Positions 38,460 to 48,107 of a stretch of 64,000 bases of DNA are shown here, one piece after another. The DNA lies in the NCBI GenBank assembly GCA_963705705.1, contig CAVPKK010000006.1:32001-96000 (forward strand), read 5' to 3'. Source of the DNA: an uncultured bacterium (GTDB lineage: Bacteria; Babelota; Babeliae; Babelales; JABCYS01). The notes below the pieces were generated by a model, which worked only from the letters and a program-made list of their open reading frames with translations, searched no databases and was not told the origin of the DNA. Both the position numbers and the translations under genes were made by a program. Numbering within the stretch: the first letter of the stretch is position 1; each line of letters starts with the position of its first letter.

Positions 38460-39526
38460 TAGTTCTCCTTTGTTGTTACGTCTGTTGTACTATCTCTGTC
38501 TTGGAAAATTTGACCTGATTGATCATTTTTTAAAGTGCCAATGGCAACTTGCTGAACAAATTCATTTATACGGTGCACGTAATGCTCAGGATTATAGAAA
38601 AAGGAATCATAGTGGCGACGACCATTAGTAATCCATAGGCGCTTATATCCTTTAGCACCCATATAAACTGAAATCACTGAATCTACCGGAACCTTATCGT
38701 CATTCTTGCAAGTGATGAAATAACACGGCACATGTACGTTTTCAATCGATTCTACTGGCGCGACTGGTTTAATTCTTGTTTTAATAGTCATGGCATCTAA
38801 CGGAGTAATTGCCTTAAAAACTGCTTTTACAAATTTTTGCACGTAAGGATTATAGGCATACTTTTGTAGCAATGTGCGGCCCGGCATGGCAACTTCATGG
38901 CCAAAGATCGTAAATTTAAGTTGATCAATACCTTTTTGTAGAACTGTGTCGGTATGATCAAAAGGACAATCAAGAATCATGCCATCGAATAACTTACCAT
39001 GTGATGATTGTGCACCAATGGCCGAAACGGCCCCCATAGAAAAGGCATAAGCAATCAGCGGCTTGGTGGCAAATTCGGGACGAGAGCGTAGATATTCAAC
39101 CGCACCGATGACATCATAAATTTCATCATGCCCAAGGCTGGAATATTGCCCATCCTTTTCCTGCCCGTGTGCACGGAAATCAAAGGTGAGTACATTGTAA
39201 TTTTTGAAAATAGTACGGAAGAGGCCAACGTCGGTTTTATCACACATGTAACCATGGCAAACAACCACAGTAGCTGGCGCATCCTTTTTTAGCTTGATCG
39301 TGCCATGCCGAACAATCTTTTCTGTAGAGCTTAGCGATTTTTGAGAATAGAATTTTACCGACTCAAGGGTCTCATCTGGTATCAATATATTGAGGGGAGT
39401 ATCAACTATCGGTACCACTGGTTTCATAATCCCAGCGTTACGTAATAATTGGTTATCCTCTTCGAAGTCACCCTGCAATGCAATTACGGCGAGCAAAATG
39501 CCCGCTTTTCCCATCTTTTTCTTCAT
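38459..39526 (-). CDS. Alpha/beta hydrolase
   Basis: CHGY, FDFRAHG, nucleophile elbow AFSMG, DDKVP, GRRH. Confidence 0.85.
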   Translation of the reverse strand: MKKKMGKAGILLAVIALQGDFEEDNQLLRNAGIMKPVVPIVDTPLNILIPDETLESVKFYSQKSLSSTEKIVRHGTIKLKKDAPATVVVCHGYMCDKTDVGLFRTIFKNYNVLTFDFRAHGQEKDGQYSSLGHDEIYDVIGAVEYLRSRPEFATKPLIAYAFSMGAVSAIGAQSSHGKLFDGMILDCPFDHTDTVLQKGIDQLKFTIFGHEVAMPGRTLLQKYAYNPYVQKFVKAVFKAITPLDAMTIKTRIKPVAPVESIENVHVPCYFITCKNDDKVPVDSVISVYMGAKGYKRLWITNGRRHYDSFFYNPEHYVHRINEFVQQVAIGTLKNDQSGQIFQDRDSTTDVTTKEN

Positions 39527-39738
39527 TTCTGCTCTCAAAGCTCAAGTTTTAATTTAACCTGATTTTAGCAGACGAAGTTTTCAGTTTGCAAGGATCGGCT
39601 TTTTTTGAATATTCAGGACGATTCTATATTGCGACCAGGACGTTAAAGCCGCGTTTTACTCCACAGCCAAAATCGAATTGGTGGCTAGCGCCACCTATCG
39701 ATATGTCGCTGCGCTCGCTGGGGAATAAATTCCCCGAC

Positions 39739-41205
39739 TCACTTCGCTAATATTGAATTTAGGTAATCAAAGAATTCAGTTCGACCTACCGGGCGGTTAA
39801 AGAAGGCTATGCGTACCCCATCTTTAAAGATGAGAATATAGGGAACTTTCGGTACCTTGAGATGCATGACAATATCTTTAGCATGATCAACATCCACTTT
39901 GTAGAAGTTAATCTTCCCCTCAAACCGGACGGCCGCGGCCTCTATGATCGGAAGCATCTGTTTGCAGGTTGGGCAATGCTGGCCAGTGAAATCTAGCACA
40001 AAAAGACCTTCTTTAGAGGCAACCTGTTCATTAAAGCTTTCTAAGGAATCAAGAGTGGCAAGATCAACGTGTTCCAAAGAAAAATCGGCGAAATAGGCGT
40101 CTTTGCGCTTTAATTCTTCCCGAACTTTGCTGGTCAAACCGACTTCGCGTAAAAAGCGATCAGCATCAATACCAGCGGCTATGCCATGGCCAGCCGCCAC
40201 GCCTGCCTGGCGATACCGCTCATCCTCAACATCACCAGCCGCAAAAACGCCGGGGATTGAAGTTTCTTGGGTATACGGCCTCACTTTTACATAGCCATTT
40301 GGCTCCAGAAGATTATGGGCTCCTTTGAAGAGATCAGTATTTGGCAAATGGCCAATGGCAATGAAGAAACCATCAGTCGGCATTACGGTAAGCTCATTCG
40401 TCTTTTTATTGCGTAGTTCTACTGCTTTAACGGTCTCTACGCCAGTTACCCGTTCAGGTTCTACTTCATACATAATTTTAATGTTTGGCGTCCCGGCAAG
40501 CCGTTGTTGCATCACATGTGAAGCACGCATTGTATTTTTGCGTACCAATAGGTTTACTTTTTTCGCATAGACGGCCAATTGAAGAGCTTCCTCCGCGGCA
40601 GAATCGCCACCGCCAACTACTACGGCTGTTTTATTTTTATAGAAAGGGGCATCGCAAATGGCGCAGGTGCTTACTCCTTTACCCCAAAACTCTTGCTCCC
40701 CAGGAATATTTAATAGGCGCGGACTAGAACCGGTAGCAACAACCAGTGTAGCGGCATAAAGGGTGTGCCCACCTTCAGTTTTTAATGCATATGGCCATGA
40801 CGTAAGATCAACCGCGGTTACGGTATCTTTGAGCTCCTCAGCGCCGTGTGTTTTTGCTTGTGCTGCAAGCTGATCCATCACTTCACCGCCTTTAATCCGT
40901 TCAAAGCCTGGCCAATTTTCGATGTAACTCGTTTTGGTAAGTTGGCCACCAGGCAGGCTTCCACTGATGACAACGGTATAATTTCCTAGACGAGCACCAT
41001 ACAATGCTGCACTCCATCCTGCAGGACCAGAACCGATTACGGCCATATCGATGAGTTTTTTCTTTTTCGTGAACTGATCAAGTGAAAAAGTGACGTATGA
41101 ATGCGGCTCAAATGACGACTTTTTATCAGATTTAAAGTACCTGATTCCTAATACAGCCAGAATTGTGGCGGCAATTGATACTAAAATAATATTGCGTTTA
41201 TACAT
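39739..41205 (-). CDS. trxB: Thioredoxin reductase with N-terminal TM segment and C-terminal thioredoxin domain
   Basis: IGSGPAG, GGQL, CAICD, GGGDSAAEEA, GVFAAGDV; C-terminal CPTC thioredoxin fold. Confidence 0.9.
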   Translation of the reverse strand: MYKRNIILVSIAATILAVLGIRYFKSDKKSSFEPHSYVTFSLDQFTKKKKLIDMAVIGSGPAGWSAALYGARLGNYTVVISGSLPGGQLTKTSYIENWPGFERIKGGEVMDQLAAQAKTHGAEELKDTVTAVDLTSWPYALKTEGGHTLYAATLVVATGSSPRLLNIPGEQEFWGKGVSTCAICDAPFYKNKTAVVVGGGDSAAEEALQLAVYAKKVNLLVRKNTMRASHVMQQRLAGTPNIKIMYEVEPERVTGVETVKAVELRNKKTNELTVMPTDGFFIAIGHLPNTDLFKGAHNLLEPNGYVKVRPYTQETSIPGVFAAGDVEDERYRQAGVAAGHGIAAGIDADRFLREVGLTSKVREELKRKDAYFADFSLEHVDLATLDSLESFNEQVASKEGLFVLDFTGQHCPTCKQMLPIIEAAAVRFEGKINFYKVDVDHAKDIVMHLKVPKVPYILIFKDGVRIAFFNRPVGRTEFFDYLNSILAK

Positions 41206-41262
41206 ACAATTGAGTCCTTGAGGCTTTGACGGGAAAATCGCCATCCGTATAATACCTGGCCC

Positions 41263-41318
41263 ATGCATCCTTCGATACATTTTGCTCATTATTTCGCAAA
41301 ATACCTGAGGATGAACAG
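41263..41318. repeat. Palindromic repeat family A (variant)
   Basis: ATCCTTCGATACATTTTGC...GCAAAATACCTGAGGATGAAC. Confidence 0.75.
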
Positions 41319-41415
41319 TCTAAATTTAGAAGTACAACGTCCGCTGGATTACCGGCATTAAAATTTTTAAACAACAGTTAGTGTAAATGCACTGCAAAAC
41401 CTGTAAAGAACAACT

Positions 41416-43962
41416 ATGAAGAATGCACGTATAACAATATTCATTTTATTCTTAACTGGCCTCGTGTCAGCAACACCGATTTTGGCAGCGAGCAAACCAG
41501 CTGAAGCGCAACCATCAATGGCACAAGACCAACAACCAGCTGCCTATGGTGAACCGACGCAAGAAGAAATAGAAGCAGTATATAAAGAATTACTTATCGA
41601 TGCGTATTTCCGCATTCCACAAGCGTTAAAATCAAAAGTTCTTGCCCTTAATCTCATGGTGAGCAATGGGCAAGTTAAATTACCATCGCCTCGAGACCGT
41701 CGCGCATTTACAGCCGCACTCGACTCGGTTTCTCAAGCATGGAAAAAATATTGCAATCCAGCTGACCCAGAAGAAGATATAACCAAAATATTTGATCTTA
41801 ATCAGCAAATCACAGCTTATTTATTGCATATTGTTAAACAAGATCTTAAGGATCTAACTCCGTTTACATTCGTGCCGACCAAACAAGCATCTATGTCTCT
41901 TGCTGAGATGTACAACAAACTAGAACAATTTGCTCAAACGTATCATGAGCTTGAGTTGAGCATGAATGATTTGGGCAAAACACGGCTACAAAAATTCAAG
42001 CGATGGTTCGGCGAAATTAACCGCCGTGGTGGTTATGGCACTAAGGCCTTCTTACTTGGTGTGGCAGGTTTTGCAGGCTCCATATTGAGATATGCTCTGA
42101 AGCCCGCTCCGCAATATGTAGTTGATGAATACCGTCGTTTTGGCAACAAAGGCGAAGCTAAGAACGATCCGGTATATGAAGAGGGCATATGGCAATGGGC
42201 AGCTAATAGCGATCTTGGTCAGGCTATTGGCAATAACCGCGCTGTTCGGTTGTATGATGACTATATTATCGGAACACGGCTAGAATCAATACCAAACGTG
42301 CACTCGAGCATATTTGATATTAGCCATCCGACTATTCCTGGAACTGGTACTGGACTATTTGGTACTTTTCATAAAATGGCAAAGCCCTTACTTTTTGCCA
42401 TCACCCTACCGCTCGCAATTAAAGCATTCAACGACAAGATTGTTGACGGCGTTCACGGCTGGCGAGCATTCCATAAAGATCCAAAAGAATTCTTCAAACT
42501 CGGTGAGCTTTTCCTTAATGAAAAACAGCAAGTCAGTGCGCTTGAGCAGCTTTGGATTCAGGGAGCCCTTGAACATACGGAACCTCGCATTACCTTCGAT
42601 GATATTGCGGGTCTGCATGAACAGAAACAGGAACTGATTCCAGTTATCAATTACATGCTTAATCCAGAATTGTTTGAAAAAACAGGGACTGCGATTGAGA
42701 AGGGATACTTATTGTATGGCCCAACCCGTACCGGTAAAACCTACTTAGCCGAAGCTCTGGCCGGTGAATTGGTACATCGCCATCATAAGGCATTAACTTT
42801 CTTAAAGATTAACGCCACTGAAATGCGTTTAGTGGGTATAAAGAAAGTCCTTGATGTAATTAAGAAGTATGCACCATGCATTGTGTTCATCGATGAGCTT
42901 GATTTGCTTAACTTACAGCGTGATCGCAATAGCGATATGCTTGAGCAGTTCCTCACCAGTATGAAGCAGGATGATGGCAAGCAAATTATCTTCTTGGCTG
43001 CAACCAATAGGCTTGATCACCTTGACCAAGCGCTCTTGCAACCAGGTAGATTTGGCAAAATCATTCCGTTCGAAAATCCTACCTTTAATGATCGTAGAGA
43101 ATTCTTTGAAAAAGAGTTATCGCGCAGACACCTTGACCCACGCGTTGTTAATTTGCAACGATTAGCGCAAGAGACTGAGGATTGCTCATTCGGAGATCTT
43201 GCCAGCATCTTGAACCATGCGCTATCGAAATCTATGCAAAATCGTCAGCCATTAGCTTACGAATATTTCGAAAGCGGTATCGATACCTTTAAACGTAAGA
43301 TTGTTGATACGCTCATCCAAATACCTGTCGAAGAGCGTAATGTAATTTCTGCGCACTTGGCCGGCCAAGCAATGGCTTATTCATTGTTGCCAACGGGCGA
43401 GCAGTTGCACAAGGTAACTATGATGTCGACCCACAAAAAGATTGCCGAAGAACGCATTTGGTATTCAGAAAATACCGGCGGGCCGAAAAAGGTTATCGGT
43501 TTGGGAGATATCTTCACCTTGCACAAAATGAATACCGCTGGTTTTGATTCGGTGGAGCAAAAGGTCAATAAGATTAAGGCTCTATTGGCTGGCTTTGCCG
43601 CTGAGAAGTTGATGCTAGGCGCAACAGCTTATAGCTACCACACTGAAAATATGGAGCATGCACGCCATATTGCGGAATCGATTGTGTTCAAAGGCTTGAA
43701 GAAAGAACATTTCTCTCGCGATGCGGCTGATGCAAAATTGAATGAAATCCAGAAGTTGCTTGAGAAATGCGAAGCGGAAGTTACGAAATTACTGACGGAA
43801 AACAAAGAAAACCTCAAGAAATTGGCCGAGGCCCTTGCTATGCATGGCACCTTGATGGAACGGGAAGTAAACGAGCTCGTTGCGCCATCACCATCAATAG
43901 TTATTAAGGAAGTCCAGGCACCTACTGGTAAAATTAAAACTTCTGCGCCAGCGAATGCTTAA
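41416..43962 (+). CDS. FtsH-like AAA+ ATPase with degenerate M41 domain
   Basis: TFDDIAG, GPTRTGKT, IVFIDELD, AATNR..LD.ALLQPGRF; HEAGH position reads HLAGQ. Confidence 0.85.
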   Translation: MKNARITIFILFLTGLVSATPILAASKPAEAQPSMAQDQQPAAYGEPTQEEIEAVYKELLIDAYFRIPQALKSKVLALNLMVSNGQVKLPSPRDRRAFTAALDSVSQAWKKYCNPADPEEDITKIFDLNQQITAYLLHIVKQDLKDLTPFTFVPTKQASMSLAEMYNKLEQFAQTYHELELSMNDLGKTRLQKFKRWFGEINRRGGYGTKAFLLGVAGFAGSILRYALKPAPQYVVDEYRRFGNKGEAKNDPVYEEGIWQWAANSDLGQAIGNNRAVRLYDDYIIGTRLESIPNVHSSIFDISHPTIPGTGTGLFGTFHKMAKPLLFAITLPLAIKAFNDKIVDGVHGWRAFHKDPKEFFKLGELFLNEKQQVSALEQLWIQGALEHTEPRITFDDIAGLHEQKQELIPVINYMLNPELFEKTGTAIEKGYLLYGPTRTGKTYLAEALAGELVHRHHKALTFLKINATEMRLVGIKKVLDVIKKYAPCIVFIDELDLLNLQRDRNSDMLEQFLTSMKQDDGKQIIFLAATNRLDHLDQALLQPGRFGKIIPFENPTFNDRREFFEKELSRRHLDPRVVNLQRLAQETEDCSFGDLASILNHALSKSMQNRQPLAYEYFESGIDTFKRKIVDTLIQIPVEERNVISAHLAGQAMAYSLLPTGEQLHKVTMMSTHKKIAEERIWYSENTGGPKKVIGLGDIFTLHKMNTAGFDSVEQKVNKIKALLAGFAAEKLMLGATAYSYHTENMEHARHIAESIVFKGLKKEHFSRDAADAKLNEIQKLLEKCEAEVTKLLTENKENLKKLAEALAMHGTLMEREVNELVAPSPSIVIKEVQAPTGKIKTSAPANA

Positions 43963-44041
43963 TAATCCTCGGTAATTTTATGCAGAAGTTTCTGAAACGA
44001 TCCTTCGGGTTAGGAAGAACATTCTAAGGAAGGAAAAATCA

Positions 44042-45310
44042 ATGAATCGTTTTATAGCTTTTATTCTTATTTTAGGTATTTCAGTTCAATTGCAGGCAAC
44101 CAGTGCTGCGCCTGTGCAAAGAACTAACCGAGGCATCTCATTTGCAGAATATTATCAAGCGCATCAAGATGAAGTTGATCAACAAATAAAGGACGGCGTA
44201 CTGGATTTAAGCAACAAAAGCTTAAAAGATTTGGATGGTTTTGACATTGAGCATATGCCACGTTTAGCTGCGTTGCGAGAATTAGGTTTGGGCAGCAATC
44301 ATCTAGAAAAGATAGCTGCATCCACGTTCAATGGCATGTCTGCGCTTGAATCACTTGTCCTTAATAACAATAAATTTACAGACTTACCAAATGATGTTTT
44401 CGATGGCTTAAACGCACTTACCACGCTCGTGTTGAATAACAATCAATTTGTAACATTACCCGATGCCCTCTTTAGTGGTCTGACGGCTCTTGAAATGCTT
44501 TATCTTTATAACAACCAGCTTTCCATTTTACCCCACGGCATTTTTAGAGGGTTGACCGCACTGAAACAGATTTATCTAGAAAACAATCAGTTTATAGACT
44601 TACCAAATGACATTTTTCTTGGCTTGTCTGCTCTTCGAAAAGTTTGTCTCTATAACAATCCGATTGCTGAAATCGGGGTTTGGAAAATGCGGCAAAATTA
44701 TCAGTTATCAGAGGGTGCTTTTATTGATTTTAAAAGAATGGAACAAGAAAAAGCTGAGGAGAATCTCATTCATGCAATAACGCGTGCTGATATTGATAAG
44801 ACGCGCGTTGCCTTTAAACAGATAATGACTGGCGAAGTAAAAACAGGACTTGATGTATACAGGCAAGAAAAAATAGATATTTCAAAAATCCGCGACACTG
44901 ACGGCAATAATCTCTTGCACATTATTATTAATGGCTATTCGATGATAAAAAGCCGGCTTCAAAAGGAAAATGAGGAAATCAGAGAATACGCTGATATTGC
45001 CTATGGCAAAGTTTTTATGATACTCGTTCAATTCGGTGGTCCTAAGGTGCAAGATATGCTGTTGACTCGAAATAAAAGCGGTGATGATGTGCTCACCAGA
45101 GCCTTGGCTCTTTTAGGAGAAAATAGTCTTATTGTAAGCGGAATATGGCATGTTCTGGCACAACTCCCCGAAAAAGCTGTGGGCACACCAATGCCGCGTT
45201 TTATAATAAAACATCGTTTGAAAAGCAGTGAAGAAAATCCTGAGGCCGTGGAAACAATGCAGCAACAAGCCATGCAGCGCACAAAGCTTCTCAAAACCGC
45301 ATTACAATAA
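44042..45310 (+). CDS. Secreted LRR protein with ankyrin-like C-terminal segments
   Basis: Repeats LxLxNNxFxxLPxxxFxGLxAL; DTDGNNLLHII, NKSGDDVLTRAL. Confidence 0.88.
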   Translation: MNRFIAFILILGISVQLQATSAAPVQRTNRGISFAEYYQAHQDEVDQQIKDGVLDLSNKSLKDLDGFDIEHMPRLAALRELGLGSNHLEKIAASTFNGMSALESLVLNNNKFTDLPNDVFDGLNALTTLVLNNNQFVTLPDALFSGLTALEMLYLYNNQLSILPHGIFRGLTALKQIYLENNQFIDLPNDIFLGLSALRKVCLYNNPIAEIGVWKMRQNYQLSEGAFIDFKRMEQEKAEENLIHAITRADIDKTRVAFKQIMTGEVKTGLDVYRQEKIDISKIRDTDGNNLLHIIINGYSMIKSRLQKENEEIREYADIAYGKVFMILVQFGGPKVQDMLLTRNKSGDDVLTRALALLGENSLIVSGIWHVLAQLPEKAVGTPMPRFIIKHRLKSSEENPEAVETMQQQAMQRTKLLKTALQ

Positions 45311-45311
45311 T

Positions 45312-45782
45312 TTATTCATTACCAGATTCTTCCAGTGTCAATTTTTCAACCATTTCCAGGCGGGCCTGATAGCGTCCGCCTTTAAATGAAGCGTTCAACC
45401 ATTGCTTAATGATATCCATAGCCTCATGAGATGTCATGAAATCTGCAGGAAGAACTAAGATATTGGCATTATCGTCTTCCTTGGCCAATCTTGCAGTAAC
45501 TTCATTCCAAGCCAAGGCCGCATAAATACCGGGGAACCGGTTGGCTGCAATAGCCATGCCGTTACCACTACCACAAATCAAAATACCATACATGGCATTT
45601 CCGTTTCGGATTTCACGAACTGCTTTAACGGCAAATTCAGGGTAATCACAACGCTCGGCGGTATAACACCCAGCATCGAGCCATTCAATGGCCGTGTCGC
45701 CAGTTGTTTTGAGCTGTTCTTTTATCTGCAATTTAAAATGAAATCCGCGGTGATCCGATCCAATTACTATCTTCAAATTCAT
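45312..45782 (-). CDS. rpiB: Ribose-5-phosphate isomerase B
   Basis: IGSDHRG, DYP, ICGSGNG, AAN, NANIL, FKGGRY..R. Confidence 0.92.
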   Translation of the reverse strand: MNLKIVIGSDHRGFHFKLQIKEQLKTTGDTAIEWLDAGCYTAERCDYPEFAVKAVREIRNGNAMYGILICGSGNGMAIAANRFPGIYAALAWNEVTARLAKEDDNANILVLPADFMTSHEAMDIIKQWLNASFKGGRYQARLEMVEKLTLEESGNE

Positions 45783-45796
45783 GTTACTTCTCTGCT

Positions 45797-46522
45797 TTAT
45801 ACTACTAATTCTTTAGATACACGTGCAATAGCAGGTCTGCCTGTTACACATTCTTCTTCTTCAGGTTTTATTTTCGTACATGTCTTCGATTCTGGCGGAG
45901 GGGGTACGGCCGGTCTCTCCCATGAAACACAGGCGTGTCGATCAGTGTATTTAAACTCTAATTCGAATGGTCCATCCCATGGATCAAACCTGACTAAGTA
46001 AACGGTTTTATGCTTGCTCAAATAATTACTCAGTACGTATTTGTATTCAACAGATAGTTCAACGATGCGAATTGAAAGCGGCCGCAGTTGCCCGACCGGC
46101 GTCTTTAAGAATATAGTCCAGGGTGCGTTACCTTCTTCATCCAATGGCATAGTGGTATTAGGAGCATAGGCAATAACGAAAAATGATAATGCATCTTGTT
46201 GCTCCGCCATTTGGCGTCTGAGGAGTTGTTGCTCCATTTCAGGTGATAAACCCATGCGCCGGGCGTGAAGATCAATATACACCTGCCGAACTTCATCGTT
46301 CAGCCATAAAGCATCAAATATGCCAAGGGTGCCAAATTCGTCATATACACGCATTGTGCGCATATTGCGTTTAACAATATTTATCGGCGTTTGCGGATCG
46401 TCGATATTAGGAAAGTATTTCGCTCCCTGATAGAAATGATCTCTTTCCCAACCTTCTATTTGATAACAACCAGGCAGCACAGCCAGGCATGCTATTACAC
46501 TTATTAAGATAGGCATCTTCAT
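45797..46522 (-). CDS. Hypothetical lipoprotein
   Basis: Lipobox-like LPGC after a hydrophobic stretch. Confidence 0.7.
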   Translation of the reverse strand: MKMPILISVIACLAVLPGCYQIEGWERDHFYQGAKYFPNIDDPQTPINIVKRNMRTMRVYDEFGTLGIFDALWLNDEVRQVYIDLHARRMGLSPEMEQQLLRRQMAEQQDALSFFVIAYAPNTTMPLDEEGNAPWTIFLKTPVGQLRPLSIRIVELSVEYKYVLSNYLSKHKTVYLVRFDPWDGPFELEFKYTDRHACVSWERPAVPPPPESKTCTKIKPEEEECVTGRPAIARVSKELVV

Positions 46523-46596
46523 TGTACACCCCTCAAAACCTTAGGATCGCTTCACCGATTTTGCCGCGATTGTTTGCGTTTACATCATACCTGAGA

Positions 46597-46630
46597 CCGC
46601 TCATCCTGAGCCTGTCGAAGGACATGAGCG
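46597..46630. repeat. Palindromic repeat family A (short form)
   Basis: CCGCTCATCCTGAGCCTGTCGAAGGACATGAGCG. Confidence 0.8.
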
Positions 46631-46754
46631 CAAATGTACATGGCAATGTTCAGCGTTTCCTTTTTAATGATCTCTCACATCATACAACAAATGCTATCAA
46701 GAAAAATATATATTGGTACGCTCGCTAACAAAAATATATTGTGAGAAAGATTTT

Positions 46755-47981
46755 ATGATCACCCTTCTGCTAGCGTGGCGCTATTTAAAAGGCACTGCTT
46801 ACGAACGAAATATCTCAACCATGGTCAAAATTTGCTTGATCGGTATTTTTATTGCCGTGGCAGCTCTTACCGTTACCATTTCCGTCATGCGTGGCTTTGA
46901 AGAGGCAATGTTTGAAAAGTTACAAGGCATCAATCCGCACATTACCATACGCAATTACGGCTTAGAGGTAGATGTACCATTGGTAGATCAAATACTGACG
47001 AACTCATTTCCAGAAATTGCCGCAGCTTCACCTGAAGAATCACGACAAGTTATCATTGAAATACCGTCAGCTAATGAGCAGGACCAAGTGATGGTAATGC
47101 GGGGTGTCGACCCGACACGCATAGGAAAAGTGATTAAGTTGGAAGAAAAAATTGTTGCTTGGAGCGCTAGCCATGAGTTGCCTGCGCTGTTGAAAAACAA
47201 CAATGTGCTTATAGGCAAAAAGAAAGCTGAACAACTCGGTTTAGTTATTGGCGACCAACTGACTGTGCTTTATGCACCCGATGCGCGGAAAAAAAGGAAA
47301 ATTTCGTTTAAGGCAGCACAAGCAACCATTTCAGGCCTTTTTACCACGGGTATCGAGGAATATGATACGAGCATTCTGTTTTGCAACATTGATTTCCTCA
47401 AACAACTATTTCCGCAGGCATCGTATACCGAAATCGGCCTTCGCCTGAAGCGCGGTAGCGATATGCATGCGGTGGTGAAAAAGCTCAGACGCCAACTGCC
47501 AGAATATGATATTGTAACGTGGCAAGATATGTATGCTTCGCTCGTTGCTGCGTCAACCTTCGAGCGTTACGTGATGTTTTTCATTCTCGCATTAATGACT
47601 TTGGTCGCGAGCATGAATATTATTTCATTGATGTTTATGCAGATCACGCAAAAGCGCGCAGATATTGCCATTTTGCGGAGCATGGGCGCTACACATACCA
47701 TGATCCGCCGAATTTTTCTCTGCATGGGATTAATTATTACCCTCGGCGCAACCGTAGCAGGCGAACTGATTGGTGCCATTATTTGCCATCTGCTACAACG
47801 ATATCCATTCATCCAATTGCCTGATGTATATTACACCACCCATTTACCTGCTGTTATTGAATGGCAAACATTTGTAATGGTATTCGCCGTGGCCATGATC
47901 GTAAGCTTAATTTCCATCTGGTACGCGGTGCGGCAAACGAAGCAAATTAATATTGCTCAGGTATTAAGATCAGAGGCATAA
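46755..47981 (+). CDS. LolC/LolE-family lipoprotein-releasing ABC permease
   Basis: LAWRYL, SVMRGFE, PHITI, VASMNII, IAILRSMGA, LPDVYYTTHLP. Confidence 0.88.
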   Translation: MITLLLAWRYLKGTAYERNISTMVKICLIGIFIAVAALTVTISVMRGFEEAMFEKLQGINPHITIRNYGLEVDVPLVDQILTNSFPEIAAASPEESRQVIIEIPSANEQDQVMVMRGVDPTRIGKVIKLEEKIVAWSASHELPALLKNNNVLIGKKKAEQLGLVIGDQLTVLYAPDARKKRKISFKAAQATISGLFTTGIEEYDTSILFCNIDFLKQLFPQASYTEIGLRLKRGSDMHAVVKKLRRQLPEYDIVTWQDMYASLVAASTFERYVMFFILALMTLVASMNIISLMFMQITQKRADIAILRSMGATHTMIRRIFLCMGLIITLGATVAGELIGAIICHLLQRYPFIQLPDVYYTTHLPAVIEWQTFVMVFAVAMIVSLISIWYAVRQTKQINIAQVLRSEA

Positions 47982-48032
47982 GTAAGAAGTTGCCGGTTAT
48001 CTTTTGTGTTGTATTTTGGAAATGATAGTGAC

Positions 48033-48080
48033 CCGCTCGCTAGTCCTGAGCCCCGTCGAAGGATCGAAGGATAGCGCGCG
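48033..48080. repeat. Palindromic repeat family A (variant)
   Basis: CCGCTCGCTAGTCCTGAGCCCCGTCGAAGGATCGAAGGATAGCGCG. Confidence 0.65.
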
Positions 48081-48107
48081 AAAAAAGTCAGAAAATCAGA
48101 GAAAGTT

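Noticed and set aside
46522..46728. 68-aa ORF containing PLILSLSKD
   Set aside because: Translation of an intergenic family A repeat between divergent genes; the 59321..59503 ORF is the same kind of artefact
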